Assembly: GCA_004431415.1 (NCBI GenBank)
Contig: QPMI01000104.1
Coordinates: 248,001 to 312,000 of the forward strand
Length of the DNA stretch: 64,000 nt
Origin: Cyanophora paradoxa CCMP329
Taxonomy: Eukaryota > Plantae > Glaucophyta
Reading direction: 5' to 3'
How positions within the stretch are numbered: position 1 is the first letter of the stretch; each line of letters opens with the position of its first letter. The notes under the pieces were generated by a model. That model was given only the letters and a program-made list of their open reading frames with translations, did no database searches and was not told the DNA's origin. The position numbers and the translations under genes are program-made. Below, in pieces: positions 58,306 through 64,000 of this stretch.

Positions 58306-59226
58306 TCATGAGCCCGATTCCTAACTCAACGTTTGACGTTTACTGGTCTAGCTAAGATATCAATCTAGGATTCGAACAATTTTGACGATTATTTCGAGTC
58401 TCGGATGCGTCTCTACAAACTGTTTGCTTCTCTTGTATGTTTAACGCTTGGCTGCTTTCGGCTGCATCTCAGATATCGATGTAATTATAATATTGATATT
58501 TGATATTGCGATATCTAGATATTGAGTAGAAGAGATGTTTAGACCCCCTAATGTTTAGCTTGCCGAAGCGGATAATGTTTAGAAAACCACACGGCCCTGG
58601 GACGCGCGCGGGCCGCGGCCGGGCGCGTCACGGCGTATATACGTAGCGCCGTGGCGGGGCAGGGTCGTTACAGAGCCGGGGCTTATAATTATAGCTAGCA
58701 TTATAGCTCAGCGGCTAGAGCGCAGTGAAGCGAAGAAGGATTTCGATTAAAATATTCGTCGAGCGTGATGCGAATTAGTGGGGAAGCGGGGGCGGGTCGC
58801 GGGGCGATGCTCCGGTATACGTAATCATGAGGGGCAGAGCGGATCGATATCATGCGAAGGGCGGGCTTCAAATTCGCACTCCGGTCCTTTTCAAGGCGTC
58901 TAGGGGCGGTGAAGGTCGACGAAATCACAGCCCCTCAGATTTTGGATACGTATACCGGACCGCGCCTAGGAGGAGGCCTAGCTTTATATATAGGCCTAGG
59001 AGCTGGGGGAGGCCTGAAAGGCCTAGGGTCGCAGGGGCTGATGCAGCACGTAATTGCAGCGGCCGAAGCTAATGAACACGCGGCAGCCTGGGGCGAACAT
59101 GTACAGGCTCCAGATTCTAGCTAGAAGCGAATTCGAAGAAGCACATTCTACGAATCTATGAATCCATCGAAAATCTAGGAAAAGATCTATAGCTAGATAT
59201 AATTGGCTGTCATCATGATCAGGACA

Positions 59227-62200
59227 CTACGCGGCCTCTTGACTCAGTGAAGCCGGACGGCCGCGGGTGGGCGGCGGCGGCGGGGCGGCGGCGGCGCCAG
59301 GAGAAGCAGCGCTAGCAGGCTCCGCCCCCGCGGTGCCGGCGGCGACGACGCCCCCGCGCAGCAGCGAAGCGGAGGAGGAGGTCGTCGACCGGGAGGCGGA
59401 GCGCAGGGGCGGGGGCGGAGGCCGCGCGCGGGGCGACGCGGCGTCCGCCCCTCGCAGGGGCGGGGCTGAAGAGGCGAAGGCTGAGGGCAGGGGGTGGGGG
59501 CGGGCCCCGGGGCCGGCACCCGGGCCGGCCTCGAGGCTCGCCAGGGCGGCCTCGCGCTCCATGCGGTCCTTCGCCAGGCGCCTGGGGAGGAGGGCGGGGG
59601 CCGAAGCCGCGCAGAAGGTCAGGCACGTCCTCACTGATGAGAAGAGAAGGATGAGGCGGGGCGGGGCTGGGCAGAGAGCTAGCCCCGATGCCTCCGGTGT
59701 TCCAAGCTAGAGCACTGGAGCACTAAGAAGCGCTGGGGCTCCCCGGACGGGGCGCCGCTCACCTGACGTAGAGCTTGCCGCCGACGGCGAGGATGGCGAG
59801 CGCCGCCACCCCGCCCAGCGTCCCCAGGATCGCCGTCCTGCTCCAAGTCAGTTTGATCGCAAACCGAGCGATCAGATCTAAAGTAAAGGAAGGGAGGAGG
59901 CTCGAGCTTGGGGGCGAGGGGGCGGGCGCGCCGCTGGATGGGGCCGGTGTCGGCACGGGCGGCGGCCTCCTCGGCGGCCGCCCGCTCCCGCTGCGCCGCC
60001 GCCGCCTCCGCCCGCTTCCGCTCCGCGTACCTGCCGCCGAGCGCGAGGCTTAGGCTTGAGAGACACGCCGAGCAACATGAAGATTAACATCTAATTGAAG
60101 ACTACTCGAAGCTTGAGTTCTGCGGAGGCGAGCGGAGCGAGGGGGCGGCGCACGGGTCGGGGAAATCGAACTGCGTCTCCCCCGGCTTCGGCAGCGGCGG
60201 CAGCTCTGCTCAGGCCTCATGATCAGTTGACGTAGGCTGACAGAGGGCTTGTTAGGGGTCTTAGTTAGGCAAGGCTGACAGAAAGTATGTTAAGCCTTAT
60301 AGTTAGGGATCTTAGTCAAGGTCTCAGGCCCGCCCCGCCTCGCACCGCGGGGGAGGACGTGGAGTCCGAGGGCGAGCGGGGCGGCCGCCCGCAGCGGCTC
60401 CTGCCCGTACAGCGCGTACACGTCGAACCTGGGCGGGCGAGCGATCGGCGAGCAGTGGTTAAGCAGCTGCAAGGAGCGCGCGCACGAGATGTAGCCGGGA
60501 AAGAGCGTAGAGTTCGCGACGTTGCTGCGGACGGAGGGGGGCGTCAGCGGGGGGTATGCGGGGTGGGACATCGTAGCCTAGGGTTAGTGGAGGGGGAGGG
60601 GGGGAGGGGGGGTACGGGGCACCGGAAGCTCATGTCGACGCCGCCCTCGCTCAGCTGCGACTTCACCCCGTCCGCCACTGCGCCCGGCGGCATGAGCCTA
60701 CGACAAGAGAGAGGGAAGCGAAGTCACGGGGAGCACCGTCGGAGGACCAGAGCTGGGGCTGGGCCTGCTTGTCCCCCACCCGGCCCCGCCGCCCCTGCGC
60801 GAACTGCGCACGTACCCCTGCCGATGAGACTGCTGCTGGACGGGCCGGCCGGGCCCCCCACCGGCCCTCACCGGGGCGCCCTCGCGGACGTAGATCGAGA
60901 GCTGGAGCCACTGTACCCCCGGGTCCAGCTGCACGGCCGGCACCAGGGGTCCACCGTCCGCCCACTCGCAGCGGAACGACTGCGCCGAAATGCCGACGAA
61001 TCAGATGAATCAGATTGGGTCGGGAGGGGGGTACGCGGTTCGTGCACGTCGCAGTCCGCCGGGCGATCCGGGTCCACGACGGTCCTATGAGCAGTCAGGG
61101 TCGGGGTCGTTGAGGACAGATGGGGAGGGGGGTACGCACTTGCAGTGCGGGGGTAGCATGCCCAGGCAGACGCCGTCCTCATTGAGACCCGAAGTGAGCT
61201 CGTCCCTGGATCGCCGGCCTGCGGGGTGGGTCGGGTTAGGGGGGCACGCGTTCGGATGGGATGAGGGGGGTACGGGGGTACGCGCCTCGGATGGAGAAGA
61301 GCGGCCCGCTGCGGAGGGAGAGTGAGCAGCCGGGCGTCGCCGCAATCCTTGGGGGATGAGAAAGGAAGGGTACCGCGTTCGGTTCTGGGGGGCGCCGCTT
61401 TTGATGATGGCAAAGTAGTATCCCCCCGCCGACGGAACCCACTCGGGGACCTGAAGGCGCCGGGTTTGAGGCGGAGGATTGCTCGAAACAAGGGTATCCC
61501 CACCTTGTAATCGGGGTACAGCTCGTTGTCCGGCGCCTGCGCAGAATTCAAGCAGCCGAGAGAGGACGGACAGCTAAGATCTACAAACTACTATAACTGC
61601 GCGCCTCGACGGAGACCAGGTGGTACACTGCGAGCGCCTCTACCGTCAGAAAGAGAGGTGGGCGGTAAAGGGAAACGGGGTACCGTGGTCGGGCCAGTCG
61701 CTCTCCTCCCGCAGCAGGACAATCGTGACGAGCGCGCCGGGGATAGGCCCCTCCTGCGCGCGCCGCGCGCTGAGCCCGTCGCGTCCGATCGAACGGAGTC
61801 GCGGAGACAAGGCTCCCACCTTGTTCCGCCACGCGATGCGCTGCGGCGACTGCGAGCCGTACTCGAAGGTCCTGAGAACGCGCGGACGCCCGCGGCCGGC
61901 AGTTACTCGGACGCGGCAGGCGCAGGCGTTGCAGCTGCCCCGCAGAGACGCACGTATCTGGACGCGGGAACTGTATGTACACTTCGTCTGCCGCGGGGAT
62001 CAGCTCTAGCGGGCGGCAGTCACAAGGACGCGGGCCGGGGAGAGCCGGACCTTTGCAGTTCGCCATCTCGGCGATAGGAGCGCACTCCGCTGCACTGTCG
62101 TTCGCCGGCAAGCCTGCAGCCGGCGCGCAGGTACGGGAGCAGGGAGACCAGGCGCATCCCGCGAAACTCCCCGCGCAGGAGGAGCAGGTCGAGTTGTGGA

Positions 62201-62270
62201 ACGCAGCGCAGAACGCCGCGCCGTCTCCGAGGACCGCGGGCAGCAGCGCAAGCAGGAGAAGGACCCGCAT
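59227..62270 (-). CDS. Type I membrane protein: signal peptide, N-terminal PSI-like Cys domain, ectodomain, one TM helix, Pro/Ser/Ala-rich cytoplasmic tail
   Basis: MRVLLLLALLPAVLG leader; CSSCAGSFAGCAWSPCSRTC; TM AILGTLGGVAALAILAVGG (~59775-59835); many short introns; middle exons only partly resolved. Confidence 0.7.
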
Positions 62271-62459
62271 TGTTCCGTGACGTGTACTCCCCCCGCGAGT
62301 CCTCCCCCCATCAAAGACTTCGTTTCGCAAGCAACTCGTCGTTCCCGGCTAGCACAGCGCTAGAGTGACACGGTGACACCGCGACCGTCGGACCCTCATG
62401 TGCACCGCGAGCGCACCAATTTGGCGCCCTTCGAAGTAAGCCCTGGCGGGGCCGGGGCC
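62271..62459. promoter_or_regulatory. Probable bidirectional promoter between divergent start codons
   Basis: Only ~190 bp separate ATG 62270 (-) and ATG 62460 (+). Positional inference only. Confidence 0.5.
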
Positions 62460-63686
62460 ATGGCGGCTCACGACGCCGCTCTCACAATCCAGGTCCGCAC
62501 CGCCCAGCGCCTTCGGGGCCTTTGCCGCGTCCGGTTGACGCTTCTGAGCAATCGCGCACGCCGCAGATCGAAGGGGATACGCATCCACTCGGCGATGTCC
62601 CTGTCCGCGACGGTGACACGCTTGCTACTGTGAGAAAGGTCCGCCTGCTTTGCGCGGCCAGCGGTGCTCTCGAAAGATGTGCCAGCCGCGCACCGCCGCG
62701 GCGGCGCTCGCGGCCGCAGCGCCGAATCTAATCGCGCCTCCGCAGGCGGTATGGACAGGATTCACGAAGCTCCCGGCTGGCTTCGACTTTCGGTTCTTGA
62801 TTCGCATCTCTGGGCGTTTGACTGCGGTTGGCATCAAGGATGAGAAGCAGATCTCGGCGAAGCAGCTGCTGCCCGGGGTTCGCGGCCCTTCCGCAGGCCC
62901 TTCTCTCGACTAGGACCGACGAGCGCGGCACGCGCAGGTTCTCATTCGTCGGGCTGACCTCTGCGCTGCGGGCCTCCAGGCTCATCCAGGTCCGCCCCCG
63001 CCCCGCGGAGGCTGCCGCCCGCTCGCGGCTGACCGCCCGCGCGCCAGCGCCGGCGCCGGTCGCGCACGCGCACGACGCCGCCGCAGCCGCCGCCGACGCG
63101 TCGGGCATGCCGCGCGTGTTCGTCACCTACGCGGCCGAGGACCTCGCCGCCGCCACGCGCGTCTGCGAGTACCTCTCCACGGCGGGCTACACCTGCAAGT
63201 GCGCCCGCCGCCCTCCCGCCCCCTTCCTTCCGACCGCCTGATTTATCCTCGCAGGATGACGGTGCCGAACGCGCGGTACCGCTTCGAGAAGGCGATGCGC
63301 GGCAGCGACCTGGTCGTCCTCTTCGCCTCGCCCTTCTCCGGCAAGTCCGAGCACGTCCTCGAGGAGGTCTTCTACGCCCGCGAGCTCCGCAAGGTCCGCA
63401 CGCGCGCGGCTCCCGGGCTCCGGGGCCGGCGTCGACGGTACCCCTCCCTCAGATGGTCTTCACGGCGTTCCTGGCGCCCCAGAAGCAGTGCGGGCTCCAC
63501 CCCGTCGTCCGCAAGGCCGTCAGCCCTATCTACAGGCGCGCCCCTCCCCTCCAGGAAGAGAGAAGGCCGAGCGGCTGACGCCCGGCGCGCAGCGTGGACT
63601 TCCCCGAGGGGCAGGAGCTGGAGGCGCCGCCCTTTCTGCTCGCCTGCAAGCGCCTCGCCAACGGCATGAAGCTCGCCCTCCGATGA
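62460..63686 (+). CDS. ~250-aa protein with an N-terminal ubiquitin-like beta-grasp region and a C-terminal TIR (TIR_2-like) domain; 8 exons
   Basis: Spliced TIR region RVFVTYAAEDLAAATRVCEYLSTAGYTCK-MTVPNARYRFEKAMRGSDLVVLFASPFSGKSEHVLEEVFYARELRK-MVFTAFL. N-terminus LTIQIEGDTHPLGDVPVRDGDTLATVRKAVW...FRFL. All introns phase-compatible; TGA at 63684-63686. Confidence 0.8.
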
Positions 63687-64000
63687 GGGCCGCCCGCCGC
63701 CGCCGCCGCCGCGACGCCCGCTTAAAAACGCTGTGATTATAACTAGTTGTATCTGCGTCTTCTGCTTCTTCTTTGAAACCGAGGTGTATTCCCCCCCTTT
63801 CAATCATAGCCTAGTAGTGTACCCAGCAGCTGCTTTGTGCGCTTCGCGTGTACTTGCAAACGGCTGCATATTGAACGCTGACAAACCCCGCGGCCCTAAC
63901 GCGCGGGGTACTACTGCGCTGCCAACGGGCCAAGCCACTAGCCGTCGAACGAGGAGCGGCGGGAGGAGTCCGGTGCGGTTGCGGCGCCGGCGCCGGGGGC

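Overview
Eukaryotic genomic DNA (GC-rich protist/alga-like, organism not identifiable from the sequence alone) with dense 55-90 bp spliceosomal introns, so the ORF track is mostly uninformative and genes were rebuilt by hand-splicing. Layout from left to right: (1) the 5' part of a minus-strand secreted-type gene (1-3500); (2) a 3.8-kb foldback element with about 1.15-kb near-identical inverted arms (5145-8981); (3) a ~12-kb tandem triplication (9954-45163) whose unit carries a TPR/coiled-coil/RING gene, an F-type (F5/8 type C) lectin gene and a stack of MITEs, with copy-specific retro-insertions and a lectin-domain deletion; (4) an aldo-keto reductase pseudogene; (5) a ~40-exon gene (48043-58305) encoding a ~2,200-aa protein with kinase, SAP-like, RAMA-like, inactive OTU-like and dynamin-like (SLIP-GC/NUGGC-type) GTPase regions; (6) a PSI-domain type I membrane protein gene head-to-head with a small ubiquitin-like+TIR gene. 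The best novelty candidates are the kinase-RAMA-dynamin fusion and the clustering of lectin, TPR-RING, TIR and dynamin genes as a possible innate-immunity island. All domain calls come from motif recognition by eye and need HMM or structure confirmation.
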